From contig CAVQXP010000004.1 of the NCBI GenBank assembly GCA_963717935.1, positions 1,920,001 through 1,984,000 of the forward strand: 64,000 bases of DNA. The letters are read 5' to 3'. Shown here piece after piece: positions 11,175 to 22,176 of the stretch. A program made the position numbers and the translations under genes. This DNA comes from Candidatus Eiseniibacteriota bacterium. Lineage in GTDB: Bacteria > Eisenbacteria > RBG-16-71-46. The notes under the pieces are model-generated. The model did no database searches and was not told the origin of the DNA. It saw only the letters and a list, made by a program, of their open reading frames with translations. Numbering within the stretch: the stretch's first letter is position 1; every line of letters begins with the position of its first letter.

Positions 11175-13160
11175 ATGACACGTTCGATGAGCAGGTCGCG
11201 CAAGGGCCGGGGCAGGGCGCCGGGTACGGCAGCCACAGACCCGGGGCCGCCGGTCCGTGGGCGGGGTTCTGGCCGTGGGGTACAGGCCGTGCTGGCCGCG
11301 GCGCTCGCCGCCTTCGTCCTCCATGCGCGGGGATTGAGTGGTGGCTTCGTCTGGGACGATCACCTCCTGATCGAGCAGAACCCGCTGCTGCGCTCGGCAG
11401 CGGATCTCGGGCGCGCGCTCGGCGGCGACTTCTGGGCCGCGAGCAGCGGGGCGCCTCCTCGGGCCTGTGGCGCCCGCTCATCACGCTGTCGTACGGGGTG
11501 GACGGGGCGGTATCGCGCTGGGATCCTGGCTGGTTCCACCTGTGAACGTCCTCGCGCATGCGTTGACCTCGGCGCTGGTGGCAGCGCTGGCGCTCGGGGC
11601 GGGGATGTCGGCGCTGACCGCGGGGCTGGTTGGGATGCTCTTCGCCGCCCTGCCCGCGCACGCCGAGTCGGTGGCGTGGATCTCGGGGCGGACCGACGTC
11701 TACTGCGCGGCCTTCTTCCTGCTGGCGCTGCTGCTGGACCGCCGCGCGAGGGCGGCGGGTCGCGCCTGGCCGGGTGCGGCCGCGCTGTTCGGCGCTGGCG
11801 CTGGCGCTGCTCAGCAAGGAGACGGCGCTGCCGTTCGTGCTGGTGGTCGCGGTGGCCGAGCGGATCGGGCTCCGGGGGCGCAGTCCCGACCTGCGCGCGA
11901 GCGCAAGGTGGCTCGCGCCCTACGCGGGGCTCACGCTGCGCTCCACCTGACCGTCGCACCAGGCCTCGGTGCGCGTGGCCGGCGAAGTGCCCATGGTCAC
12001 CGAGGCCGGCTCGCAGGGGCTCCGCGGCGCTGGCTCTGATGTTCCCGGGCTACCTCGCCTTCGCCTGGCCCTGGTTCAACCACACGCCGGCGGTCCTGCT
12101 GGCGCCCGCGAGCGCCGCCGCCTGGACCGTGGCCGGCGCGGTGGCCCTGCACGCCTGCTTCCTGCTGGCGCTGGGCTGGCTGCTGTGGAAGCGGTCCGCT
12201 GTGGCGCTGCCGCTGGCGCTGTTCTGGCTGACGCTGCTGCCCACGCTGGTCGTGGACCTGAGCCGGGGCACGTTCCTGTACGCGGAGCGCTTCTTCTACC
12301 TTCCGTCGGCGGGCCTGGCCTGGGCGGCGGGGACGGGGGTCGACGCGCTGCGCGGACGGCCGCGCGCGTGGCGGGCCGGCGTGGCGTGCCTGGCGGCGCT
12401 GGTGGTCGGAAGCGCGTCCGTCCTCGTCCCGCTTCTCCCCGAGTGGCACGACGACTCCGCGCTCTTCGAGTCCATGGCGCGCCGGGCGCCGCGGAACTAC
12501 ATGGCGCGCACCCAGTGGGCGCGCATGCTCGCGCTCGACGGGCGCGACGCGGAGGCGACGCGCGAGCTGGACGCGGCGCTGGCGCTCGATCGCGACGCGG
12601 CCGGAGGAGCCGGCCATCGCGCGCGCTGCTCGCGTACGGGCGGGGCGATTGGGCGGGCACGTTGGGGGCGGCGGAGCGGGCCATCGCGCAGGGCAACATC
12701 GAGAACGAGCCGCGGCTGCTGCGCGCGGCGGCGCTGCTGTCGGTCGGTCGAATCGAAGCAGGGCGGACGCGCGCTGGAGGACTTGCGCCGCCGTACCCCG
12801 GGACAGCCGGCGGTCGAGTCGCTGTGGGGGCAGTACCTGCTGAACACCGGGGATGCTGCCGAGGCGTACCCGGTGCTGTCCCAGGCGGCCCGGCTGCTCC
12901 CCGCGGACGTGGGCCTGGCGTACGCGAGGGCGCTGGCGGCGAACGACACCGGGCGGCACGCCGAAGCGCGCGCCGCGCTCCAGCGTGCCGTGCGGCTGGA
13001 GCCCTCGCGCTACGATGCGTGGCTGGAGCTCGCCCGCACCTGCGCGGCGCTCGGCGACGGCGCCGGGACCGCGGATGCGCTGGCGCGCGCGCAGCGGTTG
13101 CCGGCGGCGGTGGATGGCCGGGCGGAGGCACTGCGCGCGCGGCTGGCATCGCCGCGCTGA
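11175..13160 (+). CDS. Second TMTC-like GT-C glycosyltransferase with TPR repeats (several frameshifts)
   Basis: FVWDDHLLIEQNP, AHAESVAWISGRTD, LLSKETA, YAERFFYLPS and a TPR tail, spread over three frames. Confidence 0.75.
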   Translation: MTRSMSRSRKGRGRAPGTAATDPGPPVRGRGSGRGVQAVLAAALAAFVLHARGLSGGFVWDDHLLIEQNPLLRSAADLGRALGGDFWAASSGAPPRACGARSSRCRTGWTGRYRAGILAGSTCERPRACVDLGAGGSAGARGGDVGADRGAGWDALRRPARARRVGGVDLGADRRLLRGLLPAGAAAGPPREGGGSRLAGCGRAVRRWRWRCSARRRRCRSCWWSRWPSGSGSGGAVPTCARAQGGSRPTRGSRCAPPDRRTRPRCAWPAKCPWSPRPARRGSAALALMFPGYLAFAWPWFNHTPAVLLAPASAAAWTVAGAVALHACFLLALGWLLWKRSAVALPLALFWLTLLPTLVVDLSRGTFLYAERFFYLPSAGLAWAAGTGVDALRGRPRAWRAGVACLAALVVGSASVLVPLLPEWHDDSALFESMARRAPRNYMARTQWARMLALDGRDAEATRELDAALALDRDAAGGAGHRARCSRTGGAIGRARWGRRSGPSRRATSRTSRGCCARRRCCRSVESKQGGRALEDLRRRTPGQPAVESLWGQYLLNTGDAAEAYPVLSQAARLLPADVGLAYARALAANDTGRHAEARAALQRAVRLEPSRYDAWLELARTCAALGDGAGTADALARAQRLPAAVDGRAEALRARLASPR

Positions 13161-13177
13161 CGCGCGCCCGCGCGGCC

Positions 13178-13207
13178 TTGACCCTTCTGACGCGAGGCTG
13201 ATAGCGT
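13178..13207 (+). promoter_or_regulatory. Putative sigma70 promoter of recJ-rel-dtd-maf
   Basis: TTGACC, 18-nt spacer ending in TGA, then TAGCGT. Confidence 0.55.
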
Positions 13208-13261
13208 GCCGGAAGCGTCGTCCCTCGCCGCGCGCCGCGTGCTCCTCTTCGAAGGCCTCCC

Positions 13262-14980
13262 GTGATCGCTCCGACCTCCGCTCCCGAGTGGGTGCCGCAT
13301 CCCCGGCGTGACGCCGGCCGGGCGTTGGCGCTGGCGCGCGAGTTGGGCGCGCCCGTGGCGGCCGCGCACGCCCTGGTGAACCGGGGGCTGGAGAGCGCGG
13401 ACGCGGCACGGCGCTACCTCGATCCCGGGATCGAGGACCTGCACGATCCCTTCCTGCTGCGGGACCTGGACGTGGCGGTGGCGCGCATCGAGCGGGCGCT
13501 GACGGCCGGGGAGCGCATCTTCGTCCACGGCGACTACGACGTGGACGGGATCACCTCGACGTTCCTGCTCTACTCGGTGCTCCGGGACCTGGGAGGCCGC
13601 GTCGAGGTCCGGATCCCGCATCGCACGCGCGACGGGTACGGACTGTCGGTCGAGGCGATGCAGGAGGCGCACGGCGCCGGCTGCACCCTGGTCATCACGG
13701 TGGACTGCGGCGTGACCGCGGTGGAGGCCGTGGAGCGGGGGCGCGAGCTGGGGCTCGATACGATCATCACCGACCACCACGAACCGGCGGCGGTGCTGCC
13801 CGACGGCGGTGGCGGTCGTGAACCCCCGGCGGCCCGGCTGCGCGTACCCGTTCAAGGCGCTGGCCGGCGTGGGGGTCACGTTCAAGCTCGCCGAGGCTCT
13901 GCTGCGCGGCCGCGGCGGGCTGGAGCAGGCGCGCGAGTTCCTCGACGTGGTGGCGCTCGGGACGATCGCGGACGTGGTCCCGCTGGTGGGGGAGAACCGG
14001 GTCCTGGCCCGGCTCGGGCTCGACCGGCTGAACCGGCACGCGGCGCGTCGGCATGAAGGCGCTGATGGAGGTGGCGGGCCTTGCCGGGCGCCCGGTCACC
14101 GAGCGGACAGGTGGCGTTCGTGCTGGCGCCGCGCATCAACGCCGGGGGCCGCATGGGCAATGCCGAGCAGGGCCTGCGGCTGCTGCTGGCCCGTGACGCC
14201 GCCGAGGCGCGTGACCTGGCGCAGAGCCTCGAGGACGACAACCAGCTGACGGCGCACGGTACGACGAGGAGGCGCTGGGGGAGGCGGCGCAGCGGGTCGA
14301 GAGCGAACTGGGTTGGCCCGACTGCGCGTCGATCCTGCTCTGGTCGGAGCGCTGGCACGCAGGCGTGATCGGCATCGTGGCCTCGCGCCTGGTCGAGCGT
14401 TTCCAGCGTCCAGCCCTGCTGGTGGCGCTCGACGGCGAGCGTGGCCGCGGCTCGGGCCGCAGCCTGCCGGGGCTCGACCTGAACGCGGTGCTGGCGGAGT
14501 GCGCCGACCTGCTCGAGGCCTACGGCGGACACGCCTTCGCCGCGGGGTTCACCGTGCACCGCTCGCACTGCCCGAGTTGCGGGAGCGGCTCGAGCGCCTG
14601 GTGCGCGAGCGGGTGTCGGTCGATGCGTACACGCCGCGGCTCACGATCGACGCCGACGTACACCTGGCGGAGTGCGATTTCGGGCTCGTGGACTGGCTCG
14701 AGCGCATGTCCCCGCATGGTCTCGACAATCCGGAGCCGCTCTTCCAGGCCGCGGGGCTGACGGTGGAGTCGGTCAGCACGGTGGGGCAGGGGCGCCACCT
14801 GCGCCTGCAGGTGCGGGAGGGCGCCGGGAGCGCCGAGGCCATCGGCTTCGGCCTGGGCGCGCGAGCGGACGAGGTCGGGCGGGCGCGGCGCTGCCGATCT
14901 GGCCTTCGTGCCCACGCGCAACGAGTGGATGGGCCAGGACGCGTGTGCAGCTCAAGCTGAAGGACGTGCGGGTTCCGTGA
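13262..14980 (+). CDS. recJ: Single-stranded DNA exonuclease RecJ (multiple frameshifts)
   Basis: [48 protein letters not shown] across frames. Confidence 0.93.
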
Positions 14981-17188
14981 GCACCCCCGGCCCCGGCTCC
15001 GAGGCTGGCGGAACTCCGCGCGTCGCTGCTTGCCGTCCTCGACGAGAAGGTGCCTCGCGTGGACCGCGACCGGGTCGCGGCCTGCTTCGACTTCGCCGCG
15101 CAGGCCCACGGAGCACAGCGCCGCGCCTCGGGGCAGCCGTACATCTCGCACCCGGTGGCGGTGTGCCGCATCCTGGTCGACCTGCTCGAGTCCCGGCTGG
15201 ACACGACGCTGGCCTGCGCCGCGCTGCTGCACGACGTCGTCGAGGACACCGACACGCCGATCACGGAGGTGGAGAAGCGCTTCGGCCGCGACGTGCGGGG
15301 GCTGGTCGAGGGCGTGACGAAGCTGGCCGGGCTGCACGTCGACAGCCCGGAGGTCCAGCAGGCCGAGAACTTCCGCAAGATGCTGCTCTCGATGTCGCGC
15401 GACCTGCGCGTGATCTTCATCAAGCTCGCGGACCGCCTGCACAACATCCGCACGATCGAGTTCCTGCCCCGCGAGCGGGCGGAGCGGATCGCCGTGGAGA
15501 CGCGCGACATCTACGCGCCGCTCGCCCACCGGCTGGGCATGGCCGGGATCAAGCGCGAGCTCGAGGATCTGAGCCTCAAGGTGCTCGATCCAGCCGCCTA
15601 CCAGGAACTGGTGCAGAGGATCCAGGCACGTCTCCAGGAGCGCGAGCGCTTCCTCTCGGGGGTGCGGGAGCGTCTGGAGGAGGGGCTGAAGGCGGTCGGC
15701 ATCCGGGCCGAGGTCAGCGGCCGGCCCAAGCACTTCTACTCGATCTACGCGAAGCTCCGCTCGGGGCGCGATTTCAAGAACATCTACGACCTGTTCGGGC
15801 TGCGCATCATCACCCACACGCGCAGCGACTGCTACCGCGCGCTGGGCGTGGCGCACGACCTGTTCATGCCGGTGCCGGAGCGCTTCAAGGACTACATCGC
15901 CACGGCCAAGAGCAACATGTACCAGTCGCTGCACACCACGGTGCTCGCCACCGGTGGGGAGCTGGTGGAGGTGCAGATCCGCACGCGCGAGATGCACCGG
16001 ACCGCGGAGACCGGGATCGCCGCCCATTACGTCTACAAGCAGGGCGGCAAGGTGGACGAGGAGCTCGACGCGAAGCTCGGCGGGTTCATGGCGCAGACGG
16101 CGGACTGGCAGCGCGCCGCGAACGACGACGAGTACATGGACTTCCTGCGGACCGCCCTCTACCAGGAGGAGGTGTTCGCCTACACGCCACGGCGGGAGCT
16201 GAAGCGGCTCCCGAAGGGCGCGACGGCGCTGGACTTCGCCTTCATGATCCACACGGCGGTGGGCCAGCACACGGTCGGCGCGCGCGTCAACGGTGAGCTC
16301 GTGCCCCTGCGGCACGCGCTGCAGAATGGCGACACCGTCGAGATCATCACCTCCCCGCAGGCCCAGCCGCACGAGGACTGGCTGCACGTCCTCAAGATGC
16401 CGGGCGCCCGCAGCAAGGTGCGCCACTGGCTGAGGCAGCGCCGCCACGCGGACAGCGTGGCGCTGGGGCGCGAGATGCTGGAGCGCGAGCTCAAGCGCGT
16501 GCGGAAGAAGCCCGCGGACGTACCGCTGGAGGAGGTCGCGCGGGCATTCGGCTGCAGCGATCTCGAGACGTTCTACGCGCGCGTGGCCGAGGGCCAGGTC
16601 TCGCTGACGCAGGTGACGCAGAAGCTCCTGCCTCCGAGGGAGGGGCTGGCCGAGCGCCTCGCGAAGGGGCCGCTCGAGGCGCTGGGGCTGGGACGCCGGC
16701 CAGCGGGCGGCATCCTCATCCAGGGGGTGGAGAACGTCATGGTGAGCTACGCGCGCTGCTGCCAGCCGGTGCCGGGCGATCGCGTCGTGGGCATCGTCAC
16801 GATCGGCCGTGGCGTCTCCGTGCACCGGCAGGACTGTCCGAACACGTTCGGTGACCGCGTGCCGTCGGAGCGCCGCGTGGCCGTCGAGTGGGACGTGAGC
16901 CTCGATCACAAGTTCCCGGTGCGGCTCCTGGTCTACGGCCATGACCGCAACTCGCTGCTCGCGGACATCGCCAAGGCCATCTCGCTGACCTCGGTCAACA
17001 TCCGCAGCGCCGGCGTGGCAAGCGAGGACCGGAGGGCGCGCGGCGTGTTCGTGATCGAGGTGCCGCATCTGGCGAAGCTGCAGGACGTGATGCACGCCAT
17101 CCGCCGGGTGAGCGGGGTGACCCGCGTCGAGCGGCGCCAGCGGATGTTCCGCTCCGCGGGCTCCCGGCGCGGCACGGGGGAGCGGTGA
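14977..17188 (+). CDS. rel: Bifunctional (p)ppGpp synthetase/hydrolase Rel (probable frameshift near the 5' end; main ORF 15050-17188)
   Basis: Intact HD (LLHDVVEDT), RPKHFYSIY, RFKDYI, YQSLHT, TGS, CCQPVPGD and ACT domains. Confidence 0.95.
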
Positions 17189-17655
17189 GGGCGCTGGTGC
17201 AGCGCGTCGCGCACGCACGGGTGACCGTGGAAGGGCGCGTCGCGGGCGAGATCGGCCCGGGCCTGCTCGTGCTGCTCGGGGCGGCGCATGCGGACGGCGA
17301 GGAGCAGGCGGCGTGGCTCGCGCGGAAGCTCGCCGGGCTGCGGATCTTCCGTGACGCGGAGGGGCTCATGAACCTGGACGTGCGCCAGAGCGGCGGGGCT
17401 GCGCTCGTCGTGCCGCAGTTCACGCTCTACGGCGAGACGCGGCGCGGGCGCCGCCCGGACTTCACGGGGGCCGCGCCGCCGGGGCAGGCGGAGCCGCTCT
17501 TCGAGCGCTTCTGCGTGCTGCTGGCGTCGCAGGACGTGCCGGTCCAGCGTGGCGTCTTCGGGGCGCAGATGGCGGTGGAACTGCTGAACGACGGGCCGGT
17601 GACGCTCCTGATCGAGACGCCGGCCGCGGGCACGGCGCAGGCGGAGGCGGAATGA
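17185..17655 (+). CDS. dtd: D-aminoacyl-tRNA deacylase
   Basis: MRALVQRV, PQFTL, NDGPVT; coupled to rel. Confidence 0.95.
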   Translation: MRALVQRVAHARVTVEGRVAGEIGPGLLVLLGAAHADGEEQAAWLARKLAGLRIFRDAEGLMNLDVRQSGGAALVVPQFTLYGETRRGRRPDFTGAAPPGQAEPLFERFCVLLASQDVPVQRGVFGAQMAVELLNDGPVTLLIETPAAGTAQAEAE

Positions 17656-18254
17656 GCGCGCCGCGGCGGGCCCCGGGCACGCTGTTCTACGGGGGCAGCG
17701 GGCCGGTCGTTCTGGCGTCGGCCTCGCCGCGTCGCGTTGCGCTGCTGCGCCAGGTGGGTCTCGCCTTCACGGTGGTGGACCCGGGGCCGGACCGCGACTG
17801 GCCCGGCCATGCCGAGCCGCGCCACGGTGTGCGGGCGCTGGCGCTCGAGAAGGCGCGGCGGGTGGCCGCGCGGCGGCCGGAGGCGCTCGTCATCGGCGCC
17901 GACACGGTGGTGGTGGCGCGCGGCGTGCGGCTCGGCAAGCCCACGGGCGAGGCCGAGGCCCTGGCGATGCTGGGACGGCTCCAGGGGCGCACGCACGAGG
18001 TGTGGACGGGCCTCGCCATCGTGCGCGGCGGCGAGCAGCGCACGGCCGCCGAGGTCACGAAGGTGCAGTTCGCGCGGCTCGACGACACCGAGTTGCGCGC
18101 CTACGCCCGCACCGGCGAGCCGCTCGACAAGGCGGGGGCCTACGGCATCCAGGGCCTGGCCGCCCAGTTGGTCCGCCGGATCGAGGGGGACTACTCGAAC
18201 GTCGTCGGGCTGCCGCTCGCCAGGCTCCGCCAGCTGCTGAAGGAGTTCGCGTAG
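17652..18254 (+). CDS. maf: Maf-family nucleoside triphosphate pyrophosphatase
   Basis: LASASPRR, GADTVV, LGKP, DKAGAYGIQ, NVVGLP. Confidence 0.93.
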   Translation: MSAPRRAPGTLFYGGSGPVVLASASPRRVALLRQVGLAFTVVDPGPDRDWPGHAEPRHGVRALALEKARRVAARRPEALVIGADTVVVARGVRLGKPTGEAEALAMLGRLQGRTHEVWTGLAIVRGGEQRTAAEVTKVQFARLDDTELRAYARTGEPLDKAGAYGIQGLAAQLVRRIEGDYSNVVGLPLARLRQLLKEFA

Positions 18255-18302
18255 CGGGGGCGCCCGGGGCGACCGCGCCGGCGGGGCCGGCAGGGCGGCG
18301 GC

Positions 18303-18332
18303 TTGACACCCGTTTCCGCAGACTGCTAGTCT
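18303..18332 (+). promoter_or_regulatory. Putative sigma70 promoter of rplM-rpsI-rpsB-tsf
   Basis: TTGACA, 18-nt spacer ending in TGC, then TAGTCT. Confidence 0.7.
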
Positions 18333-18435
18333 CCGACGCTTCTTATGGATACGGGGGAGTCCCCGCATCCGGTGGCCGTGGCGTGCCGCGGCGCCGGCAG
18401 GGCTTGCCCGACGGGATCGTGCAGCGGAGGACGGC

Positions 18436-18868
18436 ATGAAGACATATTCCGCCCGGCCGAGCGACGTCCAGCGGCAGTGGCTGGTCGTGGATGCCGAGGG
18501 CAGGACGCTGGGGCGGCTCGCGACGCAGGTTTCCATGGTACTGCGGGGCAAGCACAAGGCGATCTACACGCCCCACATCGACACCGGCGACCACGTCGTG
18601 GTGATCAACGCGAGCAAGGTGGTCCTCACCGGGCGCAAGCCCGAGGACAAGCGTTACTTCCATCACACGATGTACCCGGGTGGGGCGTCGTGGACCTCGA
18701 TTCGCGAGGTCATGGCGAAGCATCCCGAAGCGCGTGGTGTTGCGGGCGGTGCATGGCATGATGCCCAAGACCAAGCTGGGCCGTGCGATGGAGAGGAAGC
18801 TCAAGGTGTACGCGGGGCCCGAGCACCCGCACGTGGCGCAGCAGCCGGTTCTCTGGAACCCCGAGTAG
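18436..18868 (+). CDS. rplM: 50S ribosomal protein L13 (one extra base near 18728)
   Basis: [18 protein letters not shown]-terminal [17 protein letters not shown] in the next frame. Confidence 0.96.
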
Positions 18869-18882
18869 GCACGAGGAGAGGC

Positions 18883-19281
18883 ATGGCGACCGAGATCTCG
18901 AACAAGCCCCTGACAGGGCGACGCAAGCAGGCGGTGGCCCGCGTGCAGCTGCTGCCTGGCAACGGCAAGCACCAGGTGAACGACCGCACCCCGCTCGAGT
19001 ACCTGACGCGGGAGACGCTGGTCCAGACGGCATTCCATGCGCTCGTCGTGGCCAACGCCGAGGGCAAGTTCAACGTGGTGGCGCGGGTGCATGGTGGCGG
19101 GCTCACGGGCCAGGCGGGCGCCGTGCGCCTGGCCGTGGCGCGGGCGCTGGTGCGCGAGGATGAGAGCCTGCGGGCCGTGCTCGGCCGCGCCGGTCTGCTG
19201 ACACGCGACCCGCGCATGAAGGAACGCAAGAAGTACGGACAGCCGGGGGCGCGCAAGCGCTTCCAGTTCAGCAAGCGCTAG
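18883..19281 (+). CDS. rpsI: 30S ribosomal protein S9
   Basis: [42 protein letters not shown]. Confidence 0.97.
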   Translation: MATEISNKPLTGRRKQAVARVQLLPGNGKHQVNDRTPLEYLTRETLVQTAFHALVVANAEGKFNVVARVHGGGLTGQAGAVRLAVARALVREDESLRAVLGRAGLLTRDPRMKERKKYGQPGARKRFQFSKR

Positions 19282-19294
19282 TCCGGGAAACCAA

Positions 19295-19375
19295 CCCACA
19301 CGCCCCGCCGGAGCGCCGGGGTCCCCCAGGGGGGCAGCGCTCGTGGACGACGGAGGGGGCGGAGGACAGAACCCC
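19295..19375 (+). ncRNA. rpsB 5' leader (t44 / S2-binding element)
   Basis: CACAC...CCGGGGTCCCC...GGAGG...AACCCC layout of the t44 leader, with possible GGGGT/ACCCC pairing, directly before rpsB. Confidence 0.7.
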
Positions 19376-19382
19376 GAGGAGG

Positions 19383-20153
19383 ATGGTCGTGGCAGAGATC
19401 GTGATGAAGGACCTGCTCGAAGCCGGTGTGCACTTCGGGCACCAGACGCGGCGCTGGAATCCGCAGATGAAGAAGTTCATCTTCATGGAGCGGAACGGCA
19501 TCTACATCATCGACCTCCAGAAGACGCTGAAATGCGCCCAGGAGGCGAAGGCCGTGATCGAGAAGGTCGTGCGTGGGGGCGGGCACGTGCTCTTCATCGC
19601 CACGAAGAAGCAGGCCAAGCCCATCGTCGTCGAGGAGGCCACGCGCTGCGGCCAGTACCACGTCACCGAGCGCTGGCTGGGCGGCATGCTCACGAACTTC
19701 AAGACCATCCGCACCAGCATCAAGCGGCTGCACGAGCTCGACCGCATGGCGACCGACGGGACGTTCGAGAAGATGAGCAAGAAGGAGGTTTCGCGCCTCT
19801 CGCGTGAGCGCGCGCGCCTGGAGTTCGCCTTCTCCGGCATCAAGGAGATGCCTGGCGTGCCGTCTCTGGTCTTCGTGATCGACACCAAGAAGGAGAAGAT
19901 CGCGATCGCCGAGGCGAACCGACTCGGCGTGCCGATCGTGGGCGTCGTGGACACGAACTGCGACCCCAGCGTGGTGAACTACCCGATCCCGGGGAACGAC
20001 GACGCGATCCGTGCCATCCGCCTGTTCACGCGCATGGTCGCGGACACCATCCTCGAGACGCGCGCGGTCGCGCTGGAGGGCGCTGATCAGGAGACGGTCT
20101 CGTTCGGTGGCGAAGAGGCCGAGGGCGAGGTCCAGACCGCGAGCCCTCGGTAA
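19383..20153 (+). CDS. rpsB: 30S ribosomal protein S2
   Basis: LLEAGVHFGHQTRRWNP, RWLGGMLTNF, IPGNDDA. Confidence 0.98.
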   Translation: MVVAEIVMKDLLEAGVHFGHQTRRWNPQMKKFIFMERNGIYIIDLQKTLKCAQEAKAVIEKVVRGGGHVLFIATKKQAKPIVVEEATRCGQYHVTERWLGGMLTNFKTIRTSIKRLHELDRMATDGTFEKMSKKEVSRLSRERARLEFAFSGIKEMPGVPSLVFVIDTKKEKIAIAEANRLGVPIVGVVDTNCDPSVVNYPIPGNDDAIRAIRLFTRMVADTILETRAVALEGADQETVSFGGEEAEGEVQTASPR

Positions 20154-20226
20154 GCGGGGAACGGGTTCGATGAGCGCCCGTCCGTGATGGTGTCGCGGGC
20201 GGGCGTCGTGACGACAGGGGAGTGAG

Positions 20227-20823
20227 ATGACGATCACCGCCGAACAGGTGAAGCAGCTCCGGGACCGCACGGGTGCCGGGATGATGGAATGCAAGAAGGC
20301 GCTGGGCGAGGCGGATGGCGACCTCGAGAAGGCCATCGACGTGCTGCGCAAGGCCGGCAACGCCAGGATGGAGGGCCGCACCGCGCGCACCGCCAACGAG
20401 GGTCTGGTGGAGGCGTACATCCACCCGGGCAACCGTACGGGCGTGCTCATCGAGGTGAACTGCGAGACCGACTTCGTCGCGCGCACCCCCGAGTTCGCGG
20501 AGCTCACGCGCAATCTCGCCATGCAGGTCGCGGCGCTGGGCGCGGAGTTCGTAAGGCGCGAGGACGTGCCCGCCGAGCGCGTGGAACGCGAGCGGGCGAT
20601 CTACGCGGGCCAGGTCGAGGGGCAGGGCAAGCCGGCGGCCATCGTCGAGAAGATCGTGGACGGCAAGCTCGAGAAGTTCTACGGCGACGTGTGCCTGCTC
20701 GACCAGCCGTACATCCGCGACGAGAAGGTCAAGGTCGGCGACCTGGTGCTGGAAGCCGCCCGCAAGACGGGCGAGAACGTCTCCGTGCGGCGCTTCACTC
20801 GGTTCCGGCTCGGACAGGAGTGA
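20227..20823 (+). CDS. tsf: Elongation factor Ts (short form)
   Basis: [26 protein letters not shown]. Confidence 0.97.
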   Translation: MTITAEQVKQLRDRTGAGMMECKKALGEADGDLEKAIDVLRKAGNARMEGRTARTANEGLVEAYIHPGNRTGVLIEVNCETDFVARTPEFAELTRNLAMQVAALGAEFVRREDVPAERVERERAIYAGQVEGQGKPAAIVEKIVDGKLEKFYGDVCLLDQPYIRDEKVKVGDLVLEAARKTGENVSVRRFTRFRLGQE

Positions 20824-20828
20824 CACGG

Positions 20829-21542
20829 GTGGCCGGCCGCTGGCAGCGTGTGCTGCTGAAGCTCTCGGGCGAACTGCTCGCCGGTGGGGGCGGGCACGGC
20901 ATCGACGAGACGGTGCTGGCCGCGCTGGCCGACGAGATCCGTGACGTGCGTCAGCTCGGCGTCCAGGTGGGGGTCGTGACCGGCGGCGGCAATATCTTCC
21001 GGGGCCTCGCCGCGAGCACGCGGGGGATGGACCGGGTCGGCGCCGATACCATGGGGATGCTGGCGACGGTCATCAACGGGCTGGCGCTGCAGCATGCGCT
21101 CGAGAAGCGGGGAGTCCACACCCGTGTGCTGTCGGCCATCGAGATGGACCGGGTGTGCGAGCCGTATATCCGGCGCCGCGCGGTGCGGCACCTCGAGAAG
21201 GACCGTGTGATCGTGCTGGTGGCGGGCACCGGCAATCCCTACTTCACCACCGATACGGCCGCGGCCCTGCGGGCCGTCGAGATCGGTGCCGACGTGGTGC
21301 TCAAGGCGACCAAGGTGGACGGCATCTACAGCAGCGACCCGGTCACGCACCCGGACGCGACCTTCCATCCGCGCATCACGTACAAGGAGATCCTCGACCG
21401 CGGCCTCGCGGTCATGGATCTGACAGCGATCACCTTGCTCAAGGAGAACCAGCTGCCGCTGGTGGTGTTCAACGTCGGCCAGCGCGGGAACCTGCTGAAG
21501 CTCGTGCAGGGCGAGGCGCTGGGGACCTCGGTCACGGAGTGA
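20829..21542 (+). CDS. pyrH: UMP kinase
   Basis: [35 protein letters not shown] before GTG 20829. Confidence 0.96.
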   Translation: MAGRWQRVLLKLSGELLAGGGGHGIDETVLAALADEIRDVRQLGVQVGVVTGGGNIFRGLAASTRGMDRVGADTMGMLATVINGLALQHALEKRGVHTRVLSAIEMDRVCEPYIRRRAVRHLEKDRVIVLVAGTGNPYFTTDTAAALRAVEIGADVVLKATKVDGIYSSDPVTHPDATFHPRITYKEILDRGLAVMDLTAITLLKENQLPLVVFNVGQRGNLLKLVQGEALGTSVTE

Positions 21543-21547
21543 CGGCC

Positions 21548-22105
21548 ATGACTCACAAACTGCTGGTCGAAGCCGAAGATCGGATGAAGAAGGCGGTGGA
21601 CGGCGTGCGGCGGGAGCTGACCGGCATCCGCTCGGGCAAGGCGAGCCCGGCGCTGCTCGACAGCGTGCGGGTGGAGGCCTACGGGCAACTCGTGCCCCTG
21701 ATCCAGGTGGGGCAGGTGTCCGCGCCGGAACCACGGCTGCTGGTCGTGCAACCGTACGACCGCAGCCTGGTGAAGGTCGTGGCCCGCGCCATCCTGCAGT
21801 CGGACCTCGGGCTCAACCCGACGGACGACGGCGTGGTCGTGCGCGTGCCCATCCCGACCCTGACGGAGGAGCGGCGCCGGGACCTCGTGAAGCTCGTGGC
21901 GAGGTTCGCCGAGGAAGGCCGCGTGCACATCCGGCAGATCCGGCACGACGTCATCCACGAACTCAAGAAGCAGGGGAAGGAAGGCACGCTCCCCGAGGAC
22001 GAGGAGCGCCGCCTCGAGGCGGAGACCCAGAAGCTGACGGACCGCTACATCGCGGTCGTGGACGAGCTGCTGAAGAAGAAGACGGCCGAGGTCATGGAGG
22101 TCTAG
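21548..22105 (+). CDS. frr: Ribosome recycling factor
   Basis: IRSGKASPALLD, SDLGLNP, PTLTEERR. Confidence 0.96.
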   Translation: MTHKLLVEAEDRMKKAVDGVRRELTGIRSGKASPALLDSVRVEAYGQLVPLIQVGQVSAPEPRLLVVQPYDRSLVKVVARAILQSDLGLNPTDDGVVVRVPIPTLTEERRRDLVKLVARFAEEGRVHIRQIRHDVIHELKKQGKEGTLPEDEERRLEAETQKLTDRYIAVVDELLKKKTAEVMEV

Positions 22106-22133
22106 CGCGGGCGGTCGAAGGACCGCCCGCGCT
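22104..22133 (+). terminator. Perfect 13-bp hairpin after frr, no U tract
   Basis: AGCGCGGGCGGTC-GAAG-GACCGCCCGCGCT. Confidence 0.45.
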
Positions 22134-22176
22134 GGCGCCCCCGCGCCGGGAGCCGTGCCCGGCCCCGGGAGGATCG

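Noticed and set aside
18436..19281. Apparent L13-S9 fusion ORF of 281 aa
   Set aside because: Caused by one extra base in rplM; rpsI has its own RBS and ATG at 18883
20227..20823. Short EF-Ts (198 aa)
   Set aside because: Known short form found in Thermus and many other phyla; not novel
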